DNA from: an uncultured Armatimonadia bacterium
GTDB taxonomy: Bacteria > Armatimonadota > Zipacnadia > CAVVLO01
Direction: 5' to 3'
DNA length: 64,000 nt
Assembly (NCBI GenBank): GCA_963749155.1
Contig: CAVVLO010000005.1
Coordinates: 96,001 to 160,000, forward strand
Positions 9,638 through 20,307 of the stretch are shown here, piece by piece. The notes under the pieces are model-generated. The model saw only the letters and a program-made list of their open reading frames with translations, did no database searches and was not told where the DNA came from. Position 1 is the first letter of the stretch; each line of letters starts with the position of its first letter. The translations under genes and the position numbers were made by a program.

Positions 9638-11517
9638 TTCTCTTTATGTTCCAGGTGATATTTGATCAACCCGAAGAAGGTATACGGGTCGACAACCACC
9701 GCGCGGGCCTCTGGCTGGCTTGTTGCCAGCGCATCTGCCACCTCGGCATACCAGGTCGGTGACTTCAGGATGCTGCGCCGCCACTGGAAGACTGGTCCCT
9801 CGTTTACTCCTCGGGCTCTGCGGGCGATATCCGCTGCCGCCTGCTCGGGAGTGCCATCGAGGTCTATTTCGCGGCATGCTCCAATGCCCTGATGCACCGC
9901 GATGCCTGGGTCAAAATGGGTGCCTAGCCCATCAGGGCTGAACTGTTTATAGGCTGCCCATTCTTCCTCGGTCGAAGCGCCGCCAGATCCGTCCAGCACA
10001 AAACCGGAGATGGTCATACCCCACCTGCTGTAATACCTGACGCAGTGCTCGGTCCAGGCTGCCAGCCCCGAGGGCAAGCCAGTTTCAGGCCTCACTGTCA
10101 GCGCGCGCGGATTCAGATAACCTGCCCCCGAGTCGCCCGCGATGAAGTAGTCGTTAGGGCTTGCGTTTTCGTATACATAGGCCATTGCCTGGGGCACCCT
10201 GTCTGACAGTATGGGTACTGGCGCCCAGGGCAACGGGGTTTCGCCTCTCCGGGGATCGTTGAAGAACACGGGCATCGCCTTGTAGAACCAGCTAGGCGAA
10301 TCGTAGTCACCCACATAGTGGCCTACGAAACACAGGTTGGCGACCTTGCCCTCCGGTGTGATGTAGCCGGCTGCTTTCCAGTCCTCGAACGTTGGCTTTG
10401 GATTCGGTTGGTCGTATTGAACCTTCAGCGGATAATGCTGGTGGAAGGACGCATTCGCAATACCCCCCAGCCCCGCCGCGTCAGCTTCCATATACCCGTT
10501 GAACTGGGAAATAAGCTTGCCAAATTCCCATTCGGTCGGCACTGGCTCATGCTTGCCGCCAACTTGTCCGCTGCTTGTATATTTGTAAGGCCACGCGGGG
10601 AAGCCGCCGACCTGCAGTATCCCGCCTTCAGCCTGCTCATAAAGCGCATGCATTACTTCGAAGAACACCTGCTTGTCCAGTCCGACTGGGCTGGCTGGCT
10701 CATCGGTTGCTACCTCGTCTCCCCAGGGCGAAAGGTCGAAGAAGAAGGCCTTGTTTGCGATAAAGTAGTCCTGATTGGTCAGAGTGTGCATCTCGCCCCG
10801 GTCATTCTTCGTATATAAGGCCCAGAAATAATCGATATAGTAGGCAGCGATGCCTGGCGCGCCTTTGCCTGACTTCACCCAGCGCTCCAGCGCCCATTTG
10901 TAAGCGTCACACTTGGGGCTGCCGGTCGAGGGAATCCCGAGACCCGGTATCTCGCCTTCCCCCGTAAAAAGCGATGAGCCATCTGGGTTCAGCAGCCACA
11001 GCTTTGGGAGAAGACCAAGCTGCTGCGTCAGTTTTGTATACAGCGAATCAGGTGACAGATCGTACCGGACAGGCAGTAATCCCTCAGAGCCAGCGGCTGT
11101 CGAAGCCAGGTTGGAGGTCGCTGGCACCTTGGGATCCCAGACCACGACTCCCTTAATAAAGGGGTGAAAGGTCTGGATAGCCTCTTCAATAGATTCCAGC
11201 GGCTTGATTTCGAGCCCCTTCAGCCAGCCGTTTTCCTCTCGATACCAGTCCATCCAGAACTCGTCAGTGTCCAGCCCGAAGCCTTCGCAGTAATAGACAT
11301 AAAGTCGGGGAGTCCGCCTGTTGGCCAGGCCCTGGAGCGCCGCAAGCAGGTGCAGGTTGTCCCAGACTTCATTAGCCGCCTTCATGTCACCGCCGGCAAG
11401 CTCTTTCAAAGGGCGAGCGTCATAAGTATAGATGGGCTCTGTGGGCAGACCGGCTTCGACCGATGTCCCTGCCATCAGCACCAGCATTACAAGCGCAAGG
11501 GTAATAAGGATTTCCAT
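9634..11517 (-). CDS. secreted GxGYxYP-family putative glycoside hydrolase
   Basis: Signal peptide, LQGLANR..PRLY, GVVVWDP, YVGDYD and SGAGYLNP (GxGYxxP) motifs. GGAGG RBS. Confidence 0.75.
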   Translation of the reverse strand: MEILITLALVMLVLMAGTSVEAGLPTEPIYTYDARPLKELAGGDMKAANEVWDNLHLLAALQGLANRRTPRLYVYYCEGFGLDTDEFWMDWYREENGWLKGLEIKPLESIEEAIQTFHPFIKGVVVWDPKVPATSNLASTAAGSEGLLPVRYDLSPDSLYTKLTQQLGLLPKLWLLNPDGSSLFTGEGEIPGLGIPSTGSPKCDAYKWALERWVKSGKGAPGIAAYYIDYFWALYTKNDRGEMHTLTNQDYFIANKAFFFDLSPWGDEVATDEPASPVGLDKQVFFEVMHALYEQAEGGILQVGGFPAWPYKYTSSGQVGGKHEPVPTEWEFGKLISQFNGYMEADAAGLGGIANASFHQHYPLKVQYDQPNPKPTFEDWKAAGYITPEGKVANLCFVGHYVGDYDSPSWFYKAMPVFFNDPRRGETPLPWAPVPILSDRVPQAMAYVYENASPNDYFIAGDSGAGYLNPRALTVRPETGLPSGLAAWTEHCVRYYSRWGMTISGFVLDGSGGASTEEEWAAYKQFSPDGLGTHFDPGIAVHQGIGACREIDLDGTPEQAAADIARRARGVNEGPVFQWRRSILKSPTWYAEVADALATSQPEARAVVVDPYTFFGLIKYHLEHKEN

Positions 11518-11614
11518 CAGTGATTACCTCCCTGGGTCGGACAAGCTTCAACGGGAGGTCGGGGCCTCCTGCGCAACCCTTTGGAATCTTCGCGAAAATA
11601 ATTCTCAACCAACC

Positions 11615-11643
11615 CTAAAGTCAGGCAACTCATCTGCCGATAC
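11615..11643 (+). promoter_or_regulatory. sigma-28 (FliA/SigD)-type promoter
   Basis: TAAA(11616-19)-N16-GCCGATAC(11636-43) matches the TAAA-N15/16-GCCGATAW consensus and lies upstream of an MCP gene. Confidence 0.65.
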
Positions 11644-11859
11644 CAAGAGTGTCCAACGAAATAGAACCACCAGGGAGGGAGACCAGGTGCAAGCCTCAGA
11701 AAACCAGTTTGCAAGGCAGATTTATGTAGAGAGCCCTTTGACAGCCGGGCTTTGCCGAGTCACCCGTTATATGCCCTGGTGCCTTCTGCAATTCGCAAGG
11801 GACAATCGACCGCAGCCTATGCGCCGCGGAACCAGAATCCCAGATAAAGGAGTAGAAAT

Positions 11860-13869
11860 ATGCCTAGTCTGAAGTCCAGGTCTGGCTTGAAGGACCTTCC
11901 CATCGGCAAGAAGATGACCCTGGCGTTTATGCTCGTGGCGGCTATCACCTTGTTTATTGGTGTAGTAGGTTATTACAGCCTGACAAGAAGCGACCAACTC
12001 ATACACGAGCTCGGTCAGGTACGTCTGCCCAGTACCCATATCTTGCTGGTCCTTAGCGAAGCCCAAACGGCTGTAGACAGCGCCGAAAACGCCTTGTTGC
12101 ACAGCGGTCTCGAGCAAAAAGCTCGCCAGGCACAGTACGAGAGGATAGGGACTGCCTGGCAACGTATAGACGAACACTGGAAGGAGTACGAAGCGTTGCC
12201 CCAGACTGCGGAAGAGGAGCAGGTCTGGAAAGAATTCGTGCCAGCCTGGGATGCCTGGAAGGCCGACCACAAGGCCTTTATGGCTCTTTCCAAAGTTTAT
12301 GACACGAAGAAGAGCAATCAGCTGCATGCCCAGTTGACCGAACAGGCTCTGGTCACCAATGCGCGCAGCTTCCAGAAGGCAGAAGAGTTGCTCAATGAAC
12401 TCGTCGAGGTCAACACCCAAGTGGCGGAGGCGAGTGTCAAGACTGGCGAGTCTATGGCGGCTTCCCTTAAGCTCCTTTGTCTGGTCTCGATGATCCTCGG
12501 TGTTGGGTTGTCGCTCGGGTTGAGTCTCATGATTGGCCGTGGCATCAGCCGTCCCATCAGCAAAGCCGCCGATACCTTCAAGGAGATCTCGGAAGCGCAA
12601 GACCTGAGCAAGCAGGTGGAGGTAGTCAGCGGTGATGAAGTCGGCCATATGGCTCTCGCCTTCAATGGATTCCTGGGCAAACTGTCAGGATTGCTTGGTC
12701 AGGTGCGCGCTTCAGGCGAGTTGGTGCAGCGGGAGAGTGACACTCTTGGAGACAACTCCAACCAGATAACCGAAGCCAACCATAATATCGAGGTTGCCAT
12801 CCAGCAACTTGCTGAAGGCGCCCAGCAACAGGCTGAGAGCACCTCCTCGGCGGCTAGTGCCACCAGCCAGCTCAATGCGGCTATCTCTCAGGTTGCTGAC
12901 GCGGCTCGCGAGCAACAGAGTTATACGGGGAATGCCGGCTCTTCTATTAGCCAGGTAAAGTCCTTGATAGACCAAACCGCTCTGCGGGTAGACGAACTGG
13001 CTAGCGATTCGGAGGCTGCCAACGAACTGGCCAAGGCTGGCGAGGCTCATGCCAATGCTACCCTCGAGTCTACTGAGCGTATCCGCCCAGCCACTGAGCA
13101 GGCCGCTATGGAACTCGAGCGACTGGCCGAACGCTCCGCCAAGATTGGTGGCATTCTTGATACGATTAGCGCTATCGCAGATCAGACTAATCTGCTTGCT
13201 CTCAACGCCGCCATCGAGGCAGCGCGCGCGGGTCAACATGGCAAAGGTTTTGCGGTTGTCGCTGATGAAGTGCGCAAGTTGGCAGAACTGACCCGCAACT
13301 CCGCCTCTCAGATAGGCTCCATCCTCACCGAAATCCAGCAAGGCGTAGAGAGCGCCCGCAGTCCCATGCAGGCGACTCTGGCTGCGGTCAGTGAAGCCAA
13401 AGCCACAGTCGAGCAGGCGGTCAGTGTGGTGCGTAATATCGCTCGTCACACCGAAATTATGGGCTCTCGTGTAGCTCAGGTTGCTGGCGGCACAATCGAG
13501 ATAACCCAGGAGAGTGACGAGCTAATCGAGTTGGTCAACGCTCTTCAACTCAAGGCGGACGAAGTGGCCCAGGCAGCCGAGTCAATGATAGAAGCCAGCA
13601 ACGAGGTAGAGCAGGCCATCAGCAATGTGGCCGCAATCAGCCAGGAATCTGCGGCCAGCACGGAAGAGGTGCTTGCTTCCGTTGAAGAGGCTACTGCCCA
13701 GTCCGATGAGATCACCAGAGCCGCTCGCGGGTTGGCTGATTCTTCGACTGCAATGCTGGGGCTTCTTGCAGGATTCAAATTGTCAGAAGATGACAACTCG
13801 GATTCAGACGCCGCCACTCCAAAGCAGGCAGGCGCTACCCAGTATGGGTACGGCGCTTCCCCTGCATAA
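11860..13869 (+). CDS. methyl-accepting chemotaxis protein (four-helix-bundle sensor, HAMP, MA domain)
   Basis: Two TM helices, HAMP ([11 protein letters not shown]), hairpin tip [38 protein letters not shown]. Confidence 0.95.
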   Translation: MPSLKSRSGLKDLPIGKKMTLAFMLVAAITLFIGVVGYYSLTRSDQLIHELGQVRLPSTHILLVLSEAQTAVDSAENALLHSGLEQKARQAQYERIGTAWQRIDEHWKEYEALPQTAEEEQVWKEFVPAWDAWKADHKAFMALSKVYDTKKSNQLHAQLTEQALVTNARSFQKAEELLNELVEVNTQVAEASVKTGESMAASLKLLCLVSMILGVGLSLGLSLMIGRGISRPISKAADTFKEISEAQDLSKQVEVVSGDEVGHMALAFNGFLGKLSGLLGQVRASGELVQRESDTLGDNSNQITEANHNIEVAIQQLAEGAQQQAESTSSAASATSQLNAAISQVADAAREQQSYTGNAGSSISQVKSLIDQTALRVDELASDSEAANELAKAGEAHANATLESTERIRPATEQAAMELERLAERSAKIGGILDTISAIADQTNLLALNAAIEAARAGQHGKGFAVVADEVRKLAELTRNSASQIGSILTEIQQGVESARSPMQATLAAVSEAKATVEQAVSVVRNIARHTEIMGSRVAQVAGGTIEITQESDELIELVNALQLKADEVAQAAESMIEASNEVEQAISNVAAISQESAASTEEVLASVEEATAQSDEITRAARGLADSSTAMLGLLAGFKLSEDDNSDSDAATPKQAGATQYGYGASPA

Positions 13870-13965
13870 TAAGGCGGCGCTTCCAACCAGGAGGGTGGCC
13901 GCCCCCATCCTCCTGGTCATGTTACAATTGTTGTAAGACCCGGTACTGGACTGGAGGTGGGGTAG

Positions 13966-14481
13966 ATGGTACAGGGTAAGCGAGTGCTGATGCTCATCGA
14001 AGAAGGCTTTGAGGATAGTGAAGCCTGGGAGCCCAAACTCTTTCTGGAAGCCCATGGAGTCTCTGTCACTGTCACAGGGCCCGAAATCAAGACTTATCAC
14101 GGCAAGAAAGGAGAGCGCGAGTTTACACCGGAAAAGTCGTTGGCAGAGGTCCATCCTGGACTATATGACTTGCTGCTGATACCTGGTGGAGCTGCTCCCG
14201 AGAAACTCAGGTTGAACGTGCAGATCCTCTCCCTTGTGCGCGCTTTTGCCGAGGCTCACAAACCTCTCGCGGCTATTTGTCATGGGCCGCAAGTGCTTAT
14301 CTCGGCAGGCTTGCTCGAGGGACGGATGCTTACTTCAACCGCTGGTATTCGCGATGATGTGCGTAATGCGGGGGGCCATTGGGTAGATGAAGAACTCGTC
14401 ATCGATCGCAATCTGATTACCTCACGTGGCCCTCGCGACCTGCCAGCTTTCAATCAGGCAATCTTGAAAGCTCTCGGTTAA
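13966..14481 (+). CDS. pfpI: PfpI/DJ-1 family type 1 glutamine amidotransferase-like protein
   Basis: [34 protein letters not shown]. Confidence 0.9.
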   Translation: MVQGKRVLMLIEEGFEDSEAWEPKLFLEAHGVSVTVTGPEIKTYHGKKGEREFTPEKSLAEVHPGLYDLLLIPGGAAPEKLRLNVQILSLVRAFAEAHKPLAAICHGPQVLISAGLLEGRMLTSTAGIRDDVRNAGGHWVDEELVIDRNLITSRGPRDLPAFNQAILKALG

Positions 14482-14507
14482 CTTGCTCTCTCATGTCAGG
14501 ACCACGC

Positions 14508-14536
14508 TTGAAGTCTGCGGCCCGCAGGTTTACAAT
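14508..14536 (+). promoter_or_regulatory. sigma-70-type promoter of pdxST
   Basis: TTGAAG-N17-TACAAT about 40 nt upstream of the pdxS start. Confidence 0.5.
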
Positions 14537-14573
14537 TGGGCCGAAGCATAATCGGAAGGGAAGTGTGGTCACG

Positions 14574-15500
14574 ATGGCAGAAATCAAGTTGCCCGAACTG
14601 GGCAGTCTCGTCGGTGAGAAAGCGCAGGCTACCTGGCGAGTGAAGGTTGGTTTCGCGGAGCAGCTCAAAGGCGGCGTCATTATGGACGTCACCACGGCTG
14701 ATCAGGCGAAGATTGCCGAGGAGGCCGGTGCCACCTCGGTAATGGCTCTGGAACGGGTTCCCGCGGATATCAGGGCCCAGGGCGGTATCGCCCGGATGGC
14801 TGATCCCGACAAGATCAGCGAGATCATCGAAGCTGTTACTATTCCAGTAATGGCCAAGTGTCGCATTGGTCATTTCGCCGAGGCCCAGGTGCTTGAGTCG
14901 ATGGGTGTAGACTTCATCGACGAGAGTGAAGTACTGACTCCGGCTGATGAAGTCAATCACGTCTATAAATGGGATTACAAAGTGCCTTTTGTCTGCGGTT
15001 GCAGGGATTTGGGCGAGGCCTTGCGCCGTGTAGGCGAAGGCGCCGCGATGATCCGCACCAAGGGCGAAGCGGGCACCGGCAATATCGTCGAAGCCGTGCG
15101 CCATATGCGCTCTGTGATGGATACCATCCGCAGGTTCACCACCCTTGGCCGAGAGCAGCTTATGGCAGAAGCCAAGCAGCTTGGCGCTCCCTTCGAACTG
15201 GTTGCCTGGGTTGCCGACAACGGCAAGCTGCCCGTTCCCAACTTCGCGGCGGGGGGTATCGCAACCCCTGCTGATGCAGCCCTTATGCGTCAACTCGGCG
15301 CCGAGGCCATCTTCGTAGGTTCTGGGATCTTCAAATCCAGCAATCCTCCCCAGGTAGCCAAGGCCATTGTCGATGCCTGCACCAATTTCGATAATCCCGA
15401 ACTTGTCGCCAAAGTCTCACGCGGTCTAGGCGAAGCGATGCATGGGCTGGATATCGCTCAGATCGACGATGCCAGCCTGATGCAGACTCGCGGCTGGTAA
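14574..15500 (+). CDS. pdxS: pyridoxal 5'-phosphate synthase lyase subunit
   Basis: [54 protein letters not shown], terminal RGW. Confidence 0.97.
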   Translation: MAEIKLPELGSLVGEKAQATWRVKVGFAEQLKGGVIMDVTTADQAKIAEEAGATSVMALERVPADIRAQGGIARMADPDKISEIIEAVTIPVMAKCRIGHFAEAQVLESMGVDFIDESEVLTPADEVNHVYKWDYKVPFVCGCRDLGEALRRVGEGAAMIRTKGEAGTGNIVEAVRHMRSVMDTIRRFTTLGREQLMAEAKQLGAPFELVAWVADNGKLPVPNFAAGGIATPADAALMRQLGAEAIFVGSGIFKSSNPPQVAKAIVDACTNFDNPELVAKVSRGLGEAMHGLDIAQIDDASLMQTRGW

Positions 15501-15568
15501 CCTTGGCTCTATCCAACTTGCAGGCGCCGGGCCACCGGTCCGGCGCTTGCTGTTTTGGCGGCCTCTAG

Positions 15569-16145
15569 ATGGAAAAACGTATCGGTGTTCTGGATCTCCA
15601 AGGCGATGTTCGAGAACACTGTCAGCAGCTTTTGCGCCTCGGAGTCGACCCAATCAAGGTCCGGTATCCCGAAGACCTTGCCGAATGTGCTGGCCTGGTG
15701 ATCCCAGGGGGCGAGAGCACTACCGTCGGCAAACTTCTCGACCGGCATGGCCTTATCGAACCTGTCCGCCAGGCTGTGCGGGAGGGGCTTGCCCTTCTCG
15801 GTACCTGCACAGGGCTGATACTTATGGCAAAAGACATCGTTGGCAGCGACCAGCTTCGCCTAGGCGTGATGGACCTGGTCGTCCGGCGCAATGCTTTCGG
15901 CCGTCAGATCGACAGTTTCGAGACCGACCTGCCCCTCCCCGAGCTTGGCCCAGAGCCTTTTCGCGCTGTGTTTATCCGAGGTCCGATAATTGCAAGCACA
16001 GGCCCCGAGGTTGAAGTATTGGCGCGGATCCCCGAAGGTATCAGTCCTGGCCAAACAGGGCAAGTTGCTTGCTTGCGCGTTCCACCCCGAACTGACTGAC
16101 GACACTCGCCTTCATAGCTACTTCATCGAGCTTGCTCTCACCTGA
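15569..16145 (+). CDS. pdxT: PLP synthase glutaminase subunit (+1 frameshift near 16043)
   Basis: [40 protein letters not shown]. The shifted frame supplies the catalytic AFHPELTDD and ends at TGA 16143-16145. Confidence 0.93.
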
Positions 16146-16205
16146 GGCAGGGCTGCTCAATCCATCGCCGAATAGGGTCCCAACCAGTTTTGGGAGGGAA
16201 CCCAG

Positions 16206-19200
16206 ATGAAAGATTGGCACAGCGAATTCAAAGAGCCCCCTGTCTCTTTCGGCGCGATGCCTTTTTGGTTTTGGAGCGCCCAGATGGACCCCACCGAGCT
16301 TGCCCGACAAGTCGAGTTGATGGCCAAGCAGGGTGTCTGCGGTCACTTTATGCACGCTCGCACAGGCCTTTCGACTCCCTACCTGGGGCCCGAGTGGATG
16401 GACTGTATCCGCGCTACCGTGAAAAAATCGGCCGAGGCAGGCGTTGAAGCCTGGCTTTATGACGAGGACAATTGGCCAAGCGGTTTTGCTGGAGGACTGG
16501 TCTCGGGCCGAGGGCCTGAGTATCTGCAACGCAGTCTGCGCGCCGAACTGCTCGAGGTGCCTGCCGGCGCAACCCAGGTAGACCTACCCGTTGGTCTGAC
16601 CACCGATGTGGTGGCGCTCTTCGCCAGTGCAGATCCCCTGCCAGAGCCCGCAAGTTTCAGGCAATTACCTGTAACTCAAGGCGCAGCGCAAATCGAACTG
16701 CCTGGAAACGAGTTCCGCAGTGTGATCGTCTTCGTGCTGGAACTCTTCGATATGCGTTTTGCCCAAGAAGCTCACATCGCAGGTGGCTATGTGGATACGC
16801 TCAATCCGATGGTGACCGAGGCCTTCATCGAGACAACCTACGAGGCTTACAAGCGCGAAGTAGGGGAGGAGTTTGGTAAGACCGTCCCTGGGATATTCAC
16901 CGATGAACCCAGTTATCGCGCCCATTCGCTCTGGCAGACCACGTACAAGCTCCCCTGGACTGGCAAGCTGCCCGAAGTATTCCAGGCTCAGCGCGGCTAT
17001 GACCTGATGCCCCACCTGCCCGCCCTTTTCTTCGCGGTGGCGGGGGCCGAAAAAGTCAGGCTCGATTTCTACCGTACGGTGTCTGACCTGTTTGTTGAGA
17101 GCTATACCAAGCCACTCTATAACTGGTGTGAAGCCAACGGCATACAATTCACAGGGCACTATCTACTCGAGGTGCCCTTCAGGATGGCTACTCGAGTCAG
17201 CCGGTTCTGTTATGCACCACTATGAGTATATGCATTGCCCTGGGGTCGATCATCTCGGCGCCGAGATCGGTTCTCGCACCAACCCCTGGCCGACAATCCA
17301 GATGCGCCAACTGGCCAGCGTTGGACGGCAACTCGGCAAGAAACGGCTGATGGATGAGATATTCGGCTGTGGCGGATATAACCTGACCCCCGCCAGGCAG
17401 CGTCAGATGGTAGATTGGCAATCAGCGCTTGGAATAAACTGGGTGGTACCTCACGCTTTCTACTATTCTCATGAAGGATTGCGAAAACGCGAATATCCAC
17501 CGGATGACTTCTACGCAATGCCCTGGTGGCCGCAATCGCGCAAGTTCTGGGATTACATCAGGCGCATCAGTTATGTCTTCGCAGAGGGCCACCGACTTGC
17601 CGATGTGCTGGTTATCCACCCGATGGAGAGCATCTGGGCCACCCAGCGCGACCAGTTTGTGACTTCTGACAAGGATCCTGACAGTTGGATAGAGGCCAAG
17701 TTTATTGAATTGGAGAACGCCCTCAACGCTGCCTTCATCGACCATGACTACGGCGAGGAGGAGTTGCTCTCGCGTCACGGGAAAGCCACATATGACGGGC
17801 TTCGCGTGGGACTGGCTACCTACAAGTATGTGATCGTGCCCCCGAGTTTGACCCTGCGCGAGAGCACCATCACTCTGCTACGCAACTTCGTCAACGAGGG
17901 CGGCAAGCTCATCTGCCTCGAACCAGTACCCTGTCTGGTGGATGGCGTGCCAGATGACAACCTGAGGCAAAAGCTTCGTCCAACCCGGGTACTTGAGCAT
18001 ATCTACAATCCAGACCTGCCACTTGATGATGTCATTGATTTGCTCGAAGACCTGCGAGATTCGAGTTTCGAACTCGATGGTGTCACAGGCGATGAAGTAT
18101 TGGCCCAGGAAGTAAAGCTGGGGGCTGACCACTGCCTTTTCCTGGTCAACCTGACAAATCAGCTGAAGCAGTTTACTCTGATGGCGCCAGGATTTTCGGC
18201 GCTTGACGAACTTGATTGCGCTACAGGGGAAATCCGTCCTGTAGCTGCCGCAAGCGAGGGGGGTATGCTCACAACCGAGGTCACCTTGCCCCCTCAGGGG
18301 TCCAGACTTTTCAATCTGAAGCCAGGTTTGGAGTCCAGGCCTTCGGCCAGGCAGCTTGCGCGAGAAACGCTCGCAGAGTTCACTGGAGTCTTTGACGTCA
18401 AACTCAACAAGCCCAATGGGCTGATTTTTGACGAGTTCACGGCAATCCTTGGTGGAGAGCCGCTTGGTGAGGCCTTGCCTGTGCGTTATATCTACCGCAA
18501 GGCCAAAGAGAAAGTCGCTGCGGAGGGGGCTTTCACACTGGAGCTGGCCGCAAGCTTTGAGGTTACTGGCAATCCGGCGGACCTTGGGCCGCTCAGTCTG
18601 GTGCTCGAACAACCTGACCGCTTCTCAATCAGCCTGAACGGCGCGCCCATCGAAGTGCCAGCAGAGCGTGACTGGCTAGTGCAGGAAGCCCTCCAGCTTG
18701 TACCTCTGGCCGGGGTGCGCTCGGGTAAAAACCAGCTCATGTTGAAGTGCCAGTTTGAAGCGACCAGTGACCTCGAAAACGTTTATCTGGCTGGTCAGTT
18801 CGGCGTCAGCGAGGCGCCTTTCCGTCTGGTGCCAGCGCCTTCCGAGCTTGTGCCTGGTAGCTTTGCCGCGCAAGGTCTGCCTTTCTATGCGGGCAGCCTT
18901 ACTTGCAGCTTCCGTCTCCAGCTTGCAGAGAAGCCTGCCGAGGGCAGGATAATCCTCGAACTCGGCCGGCTGCGCGATGCCGCTACTGTTAAGGTGGGCG
19001 GGCAAGTCGTTGACACAGTCCTATGGGCGCCTTTCGAGGTCGATGTGACCGACTACATCCAGGCGGGCGCTAATGAGTTCTCGGTCGAAGTCGCCGGCGA
19101 CCTGTTCAACTTCTACGGACCGCACCATCATCCAGCCGGGGTAAGCGCAGGCCGGGATCCAGGGGGCTGGGACTTCCCCCTCGAGCAGTATCAGAAGGGC

Positions 19201-19272
19201 TACACCATCGATGAGTTCGGTCTGCTGGAGGCGCCAAAGCTTGTACTGGAGCTGCGCAGAGGAGCAAATTGA
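16206..19272 (+). CDS. large GH106/alpha-L-rhamnosidase-like glycoside hydrolase with C-terminal sugar-binding domain (+1 frameshift near 17199)
   Basis: PFWFWS, FMHARTGL..YLG.EW, WLYDEDNWPSGFAGG, GIFTDEP, TGHYLLE, PGVDHL, LGINWVVPH, KREYPP, QGLPFYAG. Confidence 0.75.
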
Positions 19273-19611
19273 GTTCTGGCTGGCAAAATAAGCCTGCCTG
19301 ATTTCGCAATCGGACGGTTTTGTACTGGTATCTAGGCCTTTGGGGTGATTTTCGAGCTTTTGCAAGGATTGTTCACACCGGGCCACGTCATATAACTTGG
19401 TAGGGGCCACAAACGGCAGCGCGACGGGGATCTCCCGCCGCGCTGCTCTACTTTGTTGGCCTTCTGCCCCTCAGAATCCAGGCCCTTTCAAAAAAAGTTT
19501 GAAGTTTTTTTTCGAGCCTGGGAAGGCTTATCTAGTGGGTTTTATGAGGTCGAAGCTACCAGATGTCGTGATGCGAACATTCGTTGGCCTGCAATATGGT
19601 CTAAAAGTTCT

Positions 19612-19684
19612 GTCCTAGCTCGCCCTGCTATACCCTTTATTTCCCTTTTGTGTCCATTGACACCCTAAAAAATGGCGATAGAAT
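19612..19684 (+). promoter_or_regulatory. dcw operon promoter with phased MraZ-box-like repeats
   Basis: TTGACA(19657-62)-N16-TAGAAT(19679-84). Six NYCCW pentamers at an exact 10-bp period, overlapping the -35. Confidence 0.65.
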
Positions 19685-19706
19685 AAAGGTCAGGGGGAAT
19701 CCAATT

Positions 19707-20255
19707 ATGAGCTTACCCAAGCTCTCACAACTTGCGGCACTTGATTGGAGCTCGAAGAACTCGAGTCTCCAGACTGCTGCGAAATTGGATTCCAGATACC
19801 GCATCGCTCTGCCTCGCAAGTCCAAGGACAAATTCGATGCCTGGGTCTATGTCTGCCCAGGGTTCGACAACTCCCTGTACTTGTTTACTGAAAACGATTC
19901 TACCACCTGGCTGGCGGCTTTAGAACAAGCCAGGGCAATCGCCGATGATGGCCAGGCTGCTTTGCTCGATCTTATGGGCTATGTAGTCGTGTTCCAACTG
20001 GATGAGCAAAAGCGCCTGCAGCTTACGGATGATTTTCTGCGCGCCTGGGCTGGGCTTGAAGAAGGCACCAGCTACCTCCTGACCACTGGGCCGGATCGCC
20101 TTTGCCTCTGGTCGGAAGAAGCCTGGAAATCTCGGGTCACTCGCGCTACCGATTGGGCTGGCACCGGCGATGACGTCGGCGCAGCCAGGCTGAAGCAGAA
20201 GGTAAATGCCGCGTTATTCAACAAGCAGGGGCCGGAGGCCCAGGCTAATGACTAA
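19707..20255 (+). CDS. mraZ: MraZ transcriptional regulator (divergent)
   Basis: Two SpoVT/AbrB-like halves (KLDSRYRIALP, GFDNSLYLF; QLDEQKRLQL, DRLCLWS); first gene before rsmH. Confidence 0.8.
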   Translation: MSLPKLSQLAALDWSSKNSSLQTAAKLDSRYRIALPRKSKDKFDAWVYVCPGFDNSLYLFTENDSTTWLAALEQARAIADDGQAALLDLMGYVVVFQLDEQKRLQLTDDFLRAWAGLEEGTSYLLTTGPDRLCLWSEEAWKSRVTRATDWAGTGDDVGAARLKQKVNAALFNKQGPEAQAND

Positions 20256-20307
20256 CGTGGCGCTGGCAAGCCCCCTCGTGAAGTCAGCGAGGCGGAGGGA
20301 GGAGCAC

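Noticed and set aside
11650..11859. c-di-GMP riboswitch in the MCP leader
   Set aside because: I could not find the GGCAAA/GNRA/receptor features by eye; an Infernal search is needed.
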